The notes under the pieces were generated by a model. It saw only the letters and a list, made by a program, of their open reading frames with translations, had not been told where the DNA came from and did not search any database. A stretch of DNA of 62,004 nucleotides, counting the filler, from Actinomycetota bacterium (GTDB taxonomy: Bacteria; Actinomycetota; CADDZG01; JAHWKV01; JAOPZY01), in NCBI GenBank assembly GCA_025963875.1. It is 5 parts of 5 records of this genome, joined end to end, with 100 filler letters (N's around TTAATTAATTAA, not from the genome) between each part and the next. Parts side by side here need not be neighbours in the genome. Positions count along the whole stretch, not along the records: positions 1 to 14,042 come from JAOPZY010000204.1; 4 more parts are not named here. One strand, written 5' to 3'. The position numbers and the translations under genes are program-made. This document shows positions 1-10,096 of this stretch, in pieces. Numbering within the stretch: position 1 is the first letter of the stretch; every line of letters starts with the position of its first letter.

Positions 1-627
1 TCCACGAAGCTGCAGATTGGCGACATCGCCCTTGCCATCGGCAATCCGCTCGGCTTGGCCAGCTCGGTGACCGAGGGCATCGTCAGCTTCATCGGCCGGA
101 CGGTTCCCGAGGGCAACGGGGTCGTCCTGCCGGACGTGGTGCAGACGAGCGCCGCCATCAACCCTGGCAACAGCGGCGGGGCCCTGGTGAATATCGACGG
201 CCAGGTGGTCGGCATCCCCACGCTGGGGGCCACCGATCCGCAGCTCGGCGGGGGCGCGGCACCGGGGATCGGCTTCGCAATCCCAAGCAACGTGGCCAAG
301 CTGATCGCCGGCCAACTTGTGTCGCAGGGCAAGGTGACGAATGGCGGCCGGGCCACACTCGGTGTCACGGGGGCGAACTCCGTCAGTCAGGCGGGGCAGC
401 CGGGCGGCGTGATCGTCAGGACCGTCCAGCCGGGAGGGCCAGCCGCCAATGCCGGCATGCAGCCGGGCGACGTCATCGTCCAGATCAACGGTCAGCCGAC
501 GCCGTCGTTGTCCGTCCTGCACGGGATCCTGGCAGGCCTCTCGGCGGGCTCGGCCTCGGTCACGATCGTGCACGCCAACGGGAGCCAGTCCACCGTCCAG
601 GCGACCCTTACCAACCTCCCCGGCTGA
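1..627 (+). CDS. HtrA/DegP-family serine protease with C-terminal PDZ domain (5' partial)
   Basis: QTSAAINPGNSGGALVN catalytic-Ser motif, GIGFAIP, PDZ-like GGPAANAGMQPGDVI; open from the window edge. Confidence 0.93.
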   Translation, partial: STKLQIGDIALAIGNPLGLASSVTEGIVSFIGRTVPEGNGVVLPDVVQTSAAINPGNSGGALVNIDGQVVGIPTLGATDPQLGGGAAPGIGFAIPSNVAKLIAGQLVSQGKVTNGGRATLGVTGANSVSQAGQPGGVIVRTVQPGGPAANAGMQPGDVIVQINGQPTPSLSVLHGILAGLSAGSASVTIVHANGSQSTVQATLTNLPG

Positions 628-663
628 CCAGCGCTGGCGCTCCTGCCCATCGAATCGACTAGG

Positions 664-1875
664 TCATCTGCCCCCACCGAGGGCTACGAGATCGGACTGG
701 TGAGGGGCTCGTTCCGTGTCGTGCTCGATGGCAAGACGGGTGAGCTCGACCCGGGAGTTCACTCCGAGCTTGGAGAAGATCGACCGCAGATGGAATCCGA
801 CCGTGTGATGGGACAAGAACAGGCGCTCGCCCGCCTCCCGGTTGGTGAGGCCCTGGGCGACGAGCTCGACCACGCTGCGCTCCGTGCCGGTGAGGCTCTC
901 CCACCCGAACGTGGGGTGGCGGTCGCCGGCCCTGGGACGGCCGGAGCGGGCGTCGGCGACCGGCGCGAGCCGGAGGACGGCTCCGAGCTGGGACCCGCCG
1001 TCCACGAGGGGCTCCCAGCGAATCGTCACCGGGGTGCCGCTGGTCAGCACGATCCGCGCGGCCTCGTCGTGCCTCCCGCTCAGTAGGCGCGTCGCACACT
1101 CCCGCAGGAGGGACTCGTCGTCGGCCTCGATCAGCCGGTCGGCCGCGGCGTTCGTGATCATGGTCCGTTGGGTGATGAAGACGAGTGGCCCCTTCGCCCG
1201 CCGCCGATCCCGCAGGAACCGCTGGAGCACGAGCCGCTCCGAGACGCCGGTGACGTCGATCAGGCGCTGCTCGATCTCGCGCGCCGCCCGCCGGGCAAGC
1301 GGCAGCATCAGCGCGCTCGCGTCTTCCGCCAGGGAAGTGAGGTCGATCACCCCGAGGATGCCCCCGTGGCGGGGATCGGAGATCGGCGCCGCCGCGCACG
1401 CCGCCGTGGTGAGCGCGTCGGCGAAGTGTTCGTCGCCGTCGACCGCAGCGGCGCTGCGCTGCGCCAGGGCCGTTCCCATGCCGTTGGTACCGACCAGGTC
1501 CTCGGCGTAGACGAATCCCGGCGCCAGGAGGATGCGGTCGAGACGAGCGATCAGCGAGGCGTCCGGGACCCGGCGGTCGAGCACCTGGCCCCGCTCGTTG
1601 GCCAGCAGCACGGCAACCGGGGCACCGGAGAGGTCGACGGCGAGCTGTTGGAGCACCGGGCGAGCGGCCTGGACGAGCGGTCCGTCGCCGTCGACGTCGG
1701 GGTCGAATGGCACCTCGAACCGGTCGGGCTTCAGACCGCTCGCTGCCGACCGTCGCCACGAGGCACCGATCTCTGCGCGGACCTGCCCGGGGACAGCGTC
1801 CCCGGCGAGGAACGCTGCCAAGGCGCCCCGCAGATCGAGTGGCAGAACCACATCCGTAGCAGAGGTCATGTCCAT
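664..1875 (-). CDS. GAF (AcoR-like) plus LuxR HTH transcriptional regulator
   Basis: IGASWRRS...GTNGMGTAL...CAAAPISDP GAF region; C-terminal GWESLTGTERSVVELVAQGLTNREAGERLFLSHHTV. Confidence 0.9.
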   Translation of the reverse strand: MDMTSATDVVLPLDLRGALAAFLAGDAVPGQVRAEIGASWRRSAASGLKPDRFEVPFDPDVDGDGPLVQAARPVLQQLAVDLSGAPVAVLLANERGQVLDRRVPDASLIARLDRILLAPGFVYAEDLVGTNGMGTALAQRSAAAVDGDEHFADALTTAACAAAPISDPRHGGILGVIDLTSLAEDASALMLPLARRAAREIEQRLIDVTGVSERLVLQRFLRDRRRAKGPLVFITQRTMITNAAADRLIEADDESLLRECATRLLSGRHDEAARIVLTSGTPVTIRWEPLVDGGSQLGAVLRLAPVADARSGRPRAGDRHPTFGWESLTGTERSVVELVAQGLTNREAGERLFLSHHTVGFHLRSIFSKLGVNSRVELTRLAIEHDTERAPHQSDLVALGGGR

Positions 1876-2040
1876 CCCTTCCAGCGCCCGGGGGCAGATC
1901 GCCGGTGCCTACGCTCGCGCCCCGGGTGCTCGCCGTCTCCGCTGGTAGCAGGCATTTCCAGATCAGGCCAACCGGGTCCCGCATACTGCGGCTAGCCGCA
2001 ATGCGGTGGCCTCGGCCGGCTGCGATGCTTTGTCGGAACT

Positions 2041-2415
2041 ATGCCTATTCGCCTGTTGATCGTCGACGACAACGCCCACTTCCTCGAAGCGGCCCGGCGC
2101 CTGCTGGAACGTCAAGGGATGACGGTCGTGGGCGTCGCCTCGACGACTCTCGACGCGCTTCGGCGCGCGGAGGAGCTGCGGCCGGACGTCACCCTCGTCG
2201 ACATCGAGCTGGGACACGAGAGCGGCTTCGATCTCGCGCGACGGCTCGCCGAGGGGACGGAGGCGCACCGGCCGCCCGTGATCCTGATCTCGGCCTATCC
2301 CGAACAGGACCTTGCGGACCTCATCGACGCGAGTCCTGCCGTGGGGTTCCTGGCGAAGTCCGGTCTTTCGGGGGGGGCCATCTTCGAGCTCGTCGGAAGG
2401 ACGGACAAGGGGTGA
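2041..2415 (+). CDS. Stand-alone response regulator receiver protein
   Basis: LLIVDD, PDVTLVDI phosphoacceptor, GFLAK. Confidence 0.9.
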   Translation: MPIRLLIVDDNAHFLEAARRLLERQGMTVVGVASTTLDALRRAEELRPDVTLVDIELGHESGFDLARRLAEGTEAHRPPVILISAYPEQDLADLIDASPAVGFLAKSGLSGGAIFELVGRTDKG

Positions 2416-2452
2416 CCATCGGTGAGCCTCACGGTGTGACGGGACCGGGGCG

Positions 2453-3919
2453 TTGCTCGGCGCCTCGTTGAGGCACAGGTCGGCCGCTCGCCGCGTGGCG
2501 GCGTGGGTGCTCGCGGTTGCCGGCCCCGCGCTGGTGGGCCTTGGCCTGCTGCCGTTCCGGTCGTCCATCGGACTGGCCGCCCTCCTCTTTACCCTGCTGC
2601 TGCCCGTCGTCGGGGTTGCGCTCATCGGTGGCGCCCGGCCGGCGCTCACGGCGGTGGGCGTCGGGTTTGTCACGGCAGCGTTTCTCTTCGCACCCCCCTA
2701 CGGCAGCGTGCGCATTCATCGTCAGGGCGACCTGGTCGCGGTCATCGCGTTCGTGGTCGTCGGAGCTGCCGTGGGGATCCTCGTCGTCAATCTCTCCGGG
2801 CTCGCCGACGAGCAGGCGGCGTTACGGCGGCTCGCGACCCTCGCGGCGCGTGCGGCATCCCCAGACGAGGTGTTCGCGGCGGTCACCGAGGAGGTTGGGA
2901 CCCTCCTTCCCGCCGATACCACACGCCTGCTTCGTTACGAGCCCGACGGTACGGTGAGCAGCGTCGCCGGCTGGAGCCGAAGCGGGGCCCACATCCCCCC
3001 CTTTGGCGATCGGAAGGGCTTTGGGGGAAAAAGCCTCAGCACGTTCATTTGGCAGACCGGCCGTCCGGCCCGGGTGGACAGCTACGCAGACGCCTCCGAC
3101 CCGGTCGGTGCCGCCGCCCACGAAGAGGGCTTACGCTCCTCGGTCGGCACGCCGGTTATCGTCGAGGGCCGCCTCTGGGGCATCGTGGTCGCCGCCTCAA
3201 CCTCGGACAGACGCCTGCCCCGGTGCACCGAGGCGCGCCTCGCCGCCTTCACGGTCCTCGTGGCGACAGCGATCGCAAATGCCGAGAGCCGAGCCGAGCT
3301 CGCCGCCTCCCGCGCCCGTGTTGTCGCCGCAGGTGACGAGACCCGCCGCCGCATCGAACGCGACCTGCACGACGGCACCCAGCAGCGTCTTGTGTCGCTC
3401 GGGCTGGAGCTGCGTGCCGCGGAGACCATGGTGCCTGCCGAACTGACGGAGCTCAGGGAACAGTTGTCCGGCGCTACCAAGGGCCTCGGCGACGTGGTGG
3501 AGAACCTGCAGGAGATCTCACGAGGGATCCACCCAGCGATCCTCTCGAAGGGCGGCCTCGGGCCCGCCATCAAGACCCTTGCCCGCCGCTCCGCCGTCCC
3601 GGTCCAGCTCGACCTCCGTGCCGAACGGCGGTTGCCGGAGCGGATCGAAGTGGCCGCCTACTACATCGTCTCCGAGGCGCTGACCAACGCAGCGAAGCAC
3701 GCCCACGCGTCCGTCGTGCACGTCGACGTCAAAGCGCAGGATGCGGTCGTCCGGCTGTCGATCCGCGACGATGGCATCGGAGGGGCCGATCCCACCCAAG
3801 GATCGGGGCTCATCGGTCTCCGGGACCGCGTGGAGACGGTCGGCGGAAGGATGGAGATCGCCAGCGCCGCCGGAACCGGAACCTCGCTGCTGGTCACGAT
3901 TCCGATCAACCTCAGCTGA
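2453..3919 (+). CDS. Membrane sensor histidine kinase (TM, GAF, HisKA_3, HATPase); start 2453 or 2468
   Basis: N-terminal TM helices, RRRIERDLHDGTQQRL H-box, EALTNAAKHA, DDGIGG. Confidence 0.9.
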   Translation: MLGASLRHRSAARRVAAWVLAVAGPALVGLGLLPFRSSIGLAALLFTLLLPVVGVALIGGARPALTAVGVGFVTAAFLFAPPYGSVRIHRQGDLVAVIAFVVVGAAVGILVVNLSGLADEQAALRRLATLAARAASPDEVFAAVTEEVGTLLPADTTRLLRYEPDGTVSSVAGWSRSGAHIPPFGDRKGFGGKSLSTFIWQTGRPARVDSYADASDPVGAAAHEEGLRSSVGTPVIVEGRLWGIVVAASTSDRRLPRCTEARLAAFTVLVATAIANAESRAELAASRARVVAAGDETRRRIERDLHDGTQQRLVSLGLELRAAETMVPAELTELREQLSGATKGLGDVVENLQEISRGIHPAILSKGGLGPAIKTLARRSAVPVQLDLRAERRLPERIEVAAYYIVSEALTNAAKHAHASVVHVDVKAQDAVVRLSIRDDGIGGADPTQGSGLIGLRDRVETVGGRMEIASAAGTGTSLLVTIPINLS

Positions 3920-4049
3920 CCGCTCGGTACCTCTACTCGTTCGCGAGAGGTTTCGCGGCGGCCGTCGGCGTCATGCTGGCACAGGCGCCACGGTGCGCTC
4001 ACCCCAACGACGGCTCGGAGGCACTCGCCTCGACGGAAGGAGGCGCCGC

Positions 4050-5018
4050 ATGCGGTACGTGAAGCTTGGAAAAACAGACCTGGACGTGTCGACGATCGCA
4101 TTCGGGACCTGGTCGTTCGGCGGGGAGTGGGGCCGGTTCGACGCCGACGAGGCCAAAGCCACCATCCGTCGTGCCCTCGATCTCGGCATCACGTTATTCG
4201 ACACCGCCCAGGGTTACGGGTTCGGAACCTCGGAGCGGCTGCTGGGCGAGGCGCTGTGGGGGCCTGCGCGACGAGACGATGTGATCGTCGCCACGAAGGG
4301 CGGCCTCCGGAAGGAGGGGGATCAACTCCTGCGCGACGCGAGCAGGAGCTGGATCCGGGCCGGGGTCGAGTCGAGCCTGAAGAGCCTGGGCACCGACTAC
4401 ATCGACCTGTACCAGCTCCACTGGCCCGACAACCACACTCCCGCCGTGGAGACGGCCGTTGCGCTCGCCGAGCTGGTGCGGGAAGGCAAGATCCGCCACG
4501 CGGGCGTGTCGAACTACGACGCGAAGCAGATGGACGAGCTCGCCCGCTACGGACCGGTGGAGACCATCCAGCCGCCGTACCACATGTTCCGCCGGGAGAT
4601 CGAGGACGAGATCCTGCCCTATGCCGCCGACCACAACATCGGCGTGCTCGTCTACGGTCCTCTGGCCCACGGTCTGCTCACCGGGACGATGACGACGGCG
4701 TCGACGTTCTCGTCCGACGACTGGAGGAGCAAGAGCCCCGATTTCTCCGGTGACACCTTCCGACGGAACCTCGAGGTGGTGGAACGGCTGAAGGCGCTCG
4801 CGGAGGCCCGGGCACTCACGCTCCCGCAGCTGGCTGTGGCCTGGACACTGGCGCACCCCGCAGTGGACGTCGCCATCGTCGGGGCTCGGCGGCCTTCGCA
4901 CCTGGAGGGAACCGCACCGGCGGCCGACGTCGACCTCTCGGAGGAGGAACTTCAGGAGATCGATGACATCCTGTCGGACGCCGTTCCCGTGTGGGGGCCT
5001 CACCCCGAAGGCATGTGA
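4050..5018 (+). CDS. Aldo/keto reductase
   Basis: MRYVKLGKTDL, FDTAQGYG, ATKGG, LGTDYIDLYQLHWPD; SD GGAAGGAGG before ATG 4050. Confidence 0.95.
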   Translation: MRYVKLGKTDLDVSTIAFGTWSFGGEWGRFDADEAKATIRRALDLGITLFDTAQGYGFGTSERLLGEALWGPARRDDVIVATKGGLRKEGDQLLRDASRSWIRAGVESSLKSLGTDYIDLYQLHWPDNHTPAVETAVALAELVREGKIRHAGVSNYDAKQMDELARYGPVETIQPPYHMFRREIEDEILPYAADHNIGVLVYGPLAHGLLTGTMTTASTFSSDDWRSKSPDFSGDTFRRNLEVVERLKALAEARALTLPQLAVAWTLAHPAVDVAIVGARRPSHLEGTAPAADVDLSEEELQEIDDILSDAVPVWGPHPEGM

Positions 5019-5039
5019 TCGAGGGCTCCCTCACGCCGT

Positions 5040-5084
5040 AGATTGCGTCAAAAAGGGCCGTGGGCACACTTTTTGACGCAATCT
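5040..5084. repeat. Perfect 16-bp inverted repeat between convergent genes (possible terminator or REP-like element)
   Basis: AGATTGCGTCAAAAAG (5040-5055) and CTTTTTGACGCAATCT (5069-5084), 13-nt loop. Confidence 0.8.
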
Positions 5085-5086
5085 GC

Positions 5087-5446
5087 CTAGGGGACCCGCT
5101 CCGACAGGCACCGTAGGACCTCGTCGAACGGGCTCACGACGTCCAGGGCTTCGTCCATACTCCACGCGAGCTGCGCCTCGAAGCAGAACCCCCGCTTCGT
5201 GGCCAACCGCATTGCGGCGCGAACGCCGGCGCGCTGCTCCGTCGTCTGCGGGTAGCCCACATTGACGATGAGCAGCGGCGGAGTCCCGGGCCAGACCGAC
5301 CTGGCGAGCTCCTCAAGATCCAGACGGTCCGTTGGCCCCAGGATGACGATGCTTCTGCCGAACCAGGAAACCTCGCCTTCAGGAGATACGGCGGCGTACG
5401 AATCCGTCCTGCTGCTTCCTCCGCTGAAGGCCAGCTCGTGTCGCAT
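5087..5446 (-). CDS. Hypothetical protein (119 aa)
   Basis: Fills the gap downstream of the DUF1003 gene, protein-like composition, no recognised motif. Confidence 0.5.
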   Translation of the reverse strand: MRHELAFSGGSSRTDSYAAVSPEGEVSWFGRSIVILGPTDRLDLEELARSVWPGTPPLLIVNVGYPQTTEQRAGVRAAMRLATKRGFCFEAQLAWSMDEALDVVSPFDEVLRCLSERVP

Positions 5447-5518
5447 GCGAGCAGGTGTACACCTTCAGTCGGGGCCGAAAGGGCCTCTTGACGCCTTTCT
5501 GTCGGAGCGTGCTCCAAT

Positions 5519-5551
5519 CCCTACGCGTTCCCTACGCGTTCCCTACGCGTT
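5519..5551. repeat. Three tandem copies of 11-mer CCCTACGCGTT overlapping the DUF1003 stop codon
   Basis: Copies at 5519, 5530 and 5541. Confidence 0.9.
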
Positions 5552-6067
5552 CTCCATCTCCCGGTACCCCTTGATCGCGGTCATGACCGTCTCCTCCACG
5601 TGGTCGGCGTCGATGCCGAGGGCGTGACCGATATGCACGGCCCAGATCTCCCCGCGGACGTTGTTCTCGAAGTCCAGCTCGCTACGGATGTCGGCCCGTG
5701 ACGCCTGCCGGTTCTGGCTGATCATTACGAACGTCGAGAGGAAGATCGCCTCCAGGCTGACGATCATGGTCAGGAGCCCGAAGGGAAACCTATCGAAGGC
5801 CACGGCCGCCCCGAGCAGTCCCAGGTTGATCAGGATCCAGACGCTGAACCAGACGGTGTGCAGGTAGACGAACGACATCGAGCCGGCGAAATTAGTGATG
5901 CCGTCGGTGAGGCGGTTCTGTTCCGTCCGGATCTTGCGGACCACGGCGGTCTCGTGGCGGATCCGCTTTGCGACAACCGGATACAGCCGCCCGTCCTCGA
6001 CGCCGTCGGCGCGGTCGATGATTCGGCAGGCCAGACAGCTCGGCGGGGCATAGGTTTCGTTGCTCAT
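5543..6067 (-). CDS. DUF1003 membrane protein
   Basis: FAGSMSFVYLH...FDRFPFGLLTMIVSLEAIFLSTFVMISQNRQ; SD AAGGAGG upstream of ATG. Confidence 0.9.
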   Translation of the reverse strand: MSNETYAPPSCLACRIIDRADGVEDGRLYPVVAKRIRHETAVVRKIRTEQNRLTDGITNFAGSMSFVYLHTVWFSVWILINLGLLGAAVAFDRFPFGLLTMIVSLEAIFLSTFVMISQNRQASRADIRSELDFENNVRGEIWAVHIGHALGIDADHVEETVMTAIKGYREMENA

Positions 6068-6255
6068 CGTTTCCTCCTTTTTTCGCTCGTGTTCCAGCGG
6101 ACCTACAACTTCTGTGATGCCCGGATCCGGGGCCACTCACCGTGGGACGGCAGCCACTCACCGCCGAACTTCCTCAGGTTTCCCCAATAAATGGTGCGAA
6201 TGCACCAGGCCGGCGGGTCCATTCGTCCCTATACGCAGCGCGCTCGGAGCAGACA

Positions 6256-8085
6256 ATGGAGATGACCTTTTCAGGGCGTGCTAGATCGGCGTTGACAGTG
6301 ACCCCGAACCGACCGACCTCTCAGCGCAACGACTCCGCCACGGCGATGCCCGTTCTCGGGGAACGTCGCCCGTCGTCGATTCTTCCCGGCCGCATCCTGC
6401 TCGTCGAGGACAACGAGGTCGACGTGGCAATGGTCCGTGCGCTGCTCGCCGAGTCAGCGGGCAGGAGCTGCCACGTGACCTCGGTGGGCCGCTTGGCGGA
6501 TGCTCGTGCCTACCTCCTTTCCGCGGGCGCCGACTGCGTGCTCCTGGACCTGTCTCTTCCCGACGCAGAAGGGCTGGAGACGGTTGAAGTGGTGCTCGCG
6601 ACCGCACCCGAAGTACCCATCATCGTGCTGAGCGGCCTCCAGGACGACCGGGTGACCATGGCTGCGCTGAACGAGGGTGCCCAGGACTATCTGGTGAAGG
6701 GCCAGGTGGACGGGGAGTCGCTGTGGCGGTCGATACGCTACGCGGTCGAGCGCAAGCGAGCCGAGGTGGCGCTTCGCCATCAGGCACTCCACGACCCGCT
6801 GACCGGCCTGGCGAACCGGCCCCTGTTCATGGACCGCCTGCGAGCGGCGATTGCACGTCTCGCGCGGCAGAGCCGCCCTCTGGCGGTCCTCGTGATGGAC
6901 CTCGACCGTTTCAAATGGGTCAACGACAGCCTCGGCCATGATGCGGGCGACGAGCTGCTGGTGGCGACCGCCCGCCGGATCGAGCGTGCCGTGCGACCCA
7001 CGGACGTCGTTGCACGCTTTGGGGGCGACGAGTTCGTCGTGCTCTGCGAAGACGTGGACGACGACCGCAATGCACTCGTGGTCGCGGAGCGCGTGCAGGG
7101 TGCTCTCAGCGTCGACTTCTCCATCACCGGCACACAGGTCCGGGTCAGCGCAAGCGTGGGCATTGTGACGTCGCGCGAGCCGGCAGCGAAGCCCGAGGAG
7201 CTCCTGCGGGATGCGGACGTCGCCATGTACCGGGCGAAGGAACTCGGAAAGGGCGGCTGCGAACCATTCGACACGGCCATGCGAAATGCCGTCCAGGACC
7301 GACTCCTGGCGGAACAGGACCTCCGGCGCGCAATCGCCGAGGATGAGCTCCTCGTCTACTACCAGCCGCTTGTCGACCTGAGCGACGGTCACCCCGTGGG
7401 AGCGGAAGCGTTGGTGAGGTGGCGTCACGCCAGCGGCGAGGTGGTGTCTCCCGCCCAGTTCATCGCCCTGGCAGAGGAGACGGGCCTCATCAGGGGTATC
7501 GGCGATTTCGTCACCCGGACTGCGTGCGAACAACTTGCGCGCTGGAACCCCGTCGCACCCTCAGGCCATCAGCAACCGTCACTCCACGTCAACCTCTCGG
7601 CTCGCCAACTGATCGACCCCGGCCTGGTCGGTCGGATCGCAAGGTTCCTGGCCAGCGCCGGGGCCAATCCGGCGCAACTCTGCCTCGAGCTCACGGAAAC
7701 CGCGTTCCTGGTGGACGAGGCAACGAGCCTCACGCGTCTGAAGGCGTTGAAGACCCTCGGGGTCAGGCTGTGCGTCGACGATTTCGGCACGGGCTACTCC
7801 TCGCTGTCCCACCTCACCAAGTTCCCGATCGATGTCGTGAAGATCGATCAGTCCTTCACCGCAGGACTGGCTGTCCGTGCACGGGACACCGCAGTCGTGG
7901 AGTCGGTGATCGCCCTCGGCCAGGCGCTCGGGCTCGTGGTCATCGCCGAGGGGGTGGAGACACAGGCGCAGGCTGACCTCCTCAGCGCGCTGGGATGCCA
8001 CCAGGCCCAGGGGTACCTCTTCGGGAGGCCTGGGCCACAAGCCAACCTCCTGCACGTCTCGACCAGCGACAAGAAGTCGGCATGA
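6256..8085 (+). CDS. REC-GGDEF-EAL diguanylate cyclase/phosphodiesterase (start uncertain, 6256-6346)
   Basis: ILLVEDN receiver, HDPLTGLANR, RPTD I-site, RFGGDEF, AEALVRW, DDFGTGYSS. Confidence 0.95.
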   Translation: MEMTFSGRARSALTVTPNRPTSQRNDSATAMPVLGERRPSSILPGRILLVEDNEVDVAMVRALLAESAGRSCHVTSVGRLADARAYLLSAGADCVLLDLSLPDAEGLETVEVVLATAPEVPIIVLSGLQDDRVTMAALNEGAQDYLVKGQVDGESLWRSIRYAVERKRAEVALRHQALHDPLTGLANRPLFMDRLRAAIARLARQSRPLAVLVMDLDRFKWVNDSLGHDAGDELLVATARRIERAVRPTDVVARFGGDEFVVLCEDVDDDRNALVVAERVQGALSVDFSITGTQVRVSASVGIVTSREPAAKPEELLRDADVAMYRAKELGKGGCEPFDTAMRNAVQDRLLAEQDLRRAIAEDELLVYYQPLVDLSDGHPVGAEALVRWRHASGEVVSPAQFIALAEETGLIRGIGDFVTRTACEQLARWNPVAPSGHQQPSLHVNLSARQLIDPGLVGRIARFLASAGANPAQLCLELTETAFLVDEATSLTRLKALKTLGVRLCVDDFGTGYSSLSHLTKFPIDVVKIDQSFTAGLAVRARDTAVVESVIALGQALGLVVIAEGVETQAQADLLSALGCHQAQGYLFGRPGPQANLLHVSTSDKKSA

Positions 8086-9629
8086 TATCCACGAGCGAGC
8101 GGGCAGCGATCCAGGCGCAGAACGGCTCCGCCGGCAGCGAGCAGGGGCCGTTCCACTTCCTCGATGCCCTGCCCGTGGGCATCTTCATCGCTCTGTGTGA
8201 CGGGCGCCCCTGCTACGCGAATCGCGAGGCGGTGCGATTGCTCGGCCGGGGCGTCTTGACGTCCACGAGGGGCCCCCAGCTGACGAAGGCGTACCAGGCA
8301 CACCAGATCGGCACCGATGAGATCTATCCCCCTGAGCGCTCGGCGGTGGTCCGTGCCCTCGCCGGTAAGCCGACGTATCTGGACGATATGGAGATCCACC
8401 GGCCCGACGGAACGGTCGTGCCGCTCGAAGTCTGGGGCACCCCGGTCGTCGGGCCAGCCGGCTCGGTCGACTACGCCATCACCATGCTCGTCGACATCTC
8501 AAAGCGACGGCGTGCCGAGGCCGCCCTCGCCAGCCGGCGGGCGCTCCTCGACCTCGCGCACGATGCCGCGTTCATCGTCGACAACGACCGACGGATCACC
8601 TACTGGAGCGCCGGCGCCGAACAGACGTACGGGTACACACTCGCCGAGGCTTGGGGCGAGGTGTCCCACGAACTGCTCGGCACGGAGTTCCCCGAGCCGC
8701 TCGCCGACATCCAGGCCAAGGTGGATCGAGACGGGCAGTGGGACGGTGAGCTCGTTCAACGACGGAGCGACGGACAGACCATCGTCGTCATGAGCCGCTG
8801 GGCTGCGCACCGGGCCAGCGACGGGAGCCTGCTGGGCGCCTTGCAGGCCAATCGCGATATCACCGCCCGCAAGCGGGCGGAGTCCGTGGTCCGCTGGGCG
8901 AGCCAACTCGAGCAGGCCAACGTGGCGCTCGCACGGTCCAACGAGGAGCTGGAGCAGTTCGCTTACGTCGCATCACACGACCTTTCGGAGCCTCTGCGGG
9001 CCATCTCGGGTCCCATCTCCCTGTTGGGCCGCCGCTATCACGACCAACTGGACGCGGAGGCCGACCAGTTCATCGAGTTTGCCGTCGACGGCTGCCGCCG
9101 CATGCAGGCGATGATCGATGACCTGCTGGCCTACTCCCGGGCCGGCCGCGTCGACGGAGAACCCCAGCCGGTGGACTGCAATGTGCTTCTGACCACCGTC
9201 ATGGCCGAGCTCGCCGTGAGGATCACCGAGACCGGGGCCATCGTCAGCGTGGACCCCTTGCCCACGGTTGCCGCCCAGCCGATCCAGCTGGGCCAGGTCT
9301 TCCGGAACCTCATCTCCAATGCCCTGAAGTTCGTGGGCCCCGGCGTGGTCCCCCGGGTGGCCGTGTCAGCGGAGCGGCTGGGCGACGAGTGGCGCTTCTG
9401 GGTAACCGACAACGGCATCGGCGTCGAGCCCCGCCACCGCGAGCGGATCTTCGGGATGTTCAAGCGCCTTCACACGCGGACCGAGTACTCCGGCTCGGGC
9501 ATCGGCCTCGCCCTGTGTAAGAGGATCATCCAGCGCGAGGGGGGGCGAATCGGGGTGGAAGACGCCCCGTCGGGCGGAGGCAGCCGGTTCTGGTTCGCCA
9601 TTCCGGTCTCATCCGAGGAGGCGTCATGA
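8082..9629 (+). CDS. PAS-domain sensor histidine kinase (Cph1-like transmitter)
   Basis: Two PAS-like regions, LEQFAYVASHDLSEPLR, NLISNALKF, GSGIGLALC; ATGA overlap with upstream gene. Confidence 0.93.
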   Translation: MISTSERAAIQAQNGSAGSEQGPFHFLDALPVGIFIALCDGRPCYANREAVRLLGRGVLTSTRGPQLTKAYQAHQIGTDEIYPPERSAVVRALAGKPTYLDDMEIHRPDGTVVPLEVWGTPVVGPAGSVDYAITMLVDISKRRRAEAALASRRALLDLAHDAAFIVDNDRRITYWSAGAEQTYGYTLAEAWGEVSHELLGTEFPEPLADIQAKVDRDGQWDGELVQRRSDGQTIVVMSRWAAHRASDGSLLGALQANRDITARKRAESVVRWASQLEQANVALARSNEELEQFAYVASHDLSEPLRAISGPISLLGRRYHDQLDAEADQFIEFAVDGCRRMQAMIDDLLAYSRAGRVDGEPQPVDCNVLLTTVMAELAVRITETGAIVSVDPLPTVAAQPIQLGQVFRNLISNALKFVGPGVVPRVAVSAERLGDEWRFWVTDNGIGVEPRHRERIFGMFKRLHTRTEYSGSGIGLALCKRIIQREGGRIGVEDAPSGGGSRFWFAIPVSSEEAS

Positions 9630-10096
9630 ACAGCAGCCAGATGACGCATCAGGTCTTCCACAGGTCGCTCGGCAGGCCGGTGCAGATCCTGCTCGTGGAG
9701 GACAGCCCGTCGGACGTGGCCATGACCGTGGCAGCCCTCCGGGAGGGCCACATCGCGAACGACATGCACGTGGCCGGCGACGGGGAGACTGCCGTGGACT
9801 TCCTCCACCGGCGGGGCGAGTTCGCCGGCGTGCCACGCCCCGACCTCATTCTCCTGGACCTCAACCTCCCGAAGAAGGATGGACTTGAAGTCCTTGCCGA
9901 CGTGAAGGCCGACGACGATCTCAAAACGATCCCCGTCGTGGTCCTCACAACCTCCGCTGCCGAATCAGATGTGCTGCGCTCCTACAAGCTCCATGCAAAC
10001 TCCTACGTCACGAAACCGGTTGGCTTCGAGCCGTTCCTGGCCGCCGTCCAGCAGATCGAGACCTTCTGGCTGACGCTCGTGCGGCTTCCCGACTGA
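9626..10096 (+). CDS. Rcp1-like single-domain response regulator
   Basis: ILLVEDSPSD, PDLILLDLNLPKKDG, ANSYVTKP; ATGA overlap. Confidence 0.93.
   Translation: MNSSQMTHQVFHRSLGRPVQILLVEDSPSDVAMTVAALREGHIANDMHVAGDGETAVDFLHRRGEFAGVPRPDLILLDLNLPKKDGLEVLADVKADDDLKTIPVVVLTTSAAESDVLRSYKLHANSYVTKPVGFEPFLAAVQQIETFWLTLVRLPD

Noticed and set aside
6142..10096. GGDEF-EAL/kinase/Rcp1 cluster as a novel system
   Set aside because: A common signalling arrangement with canonical motifs.
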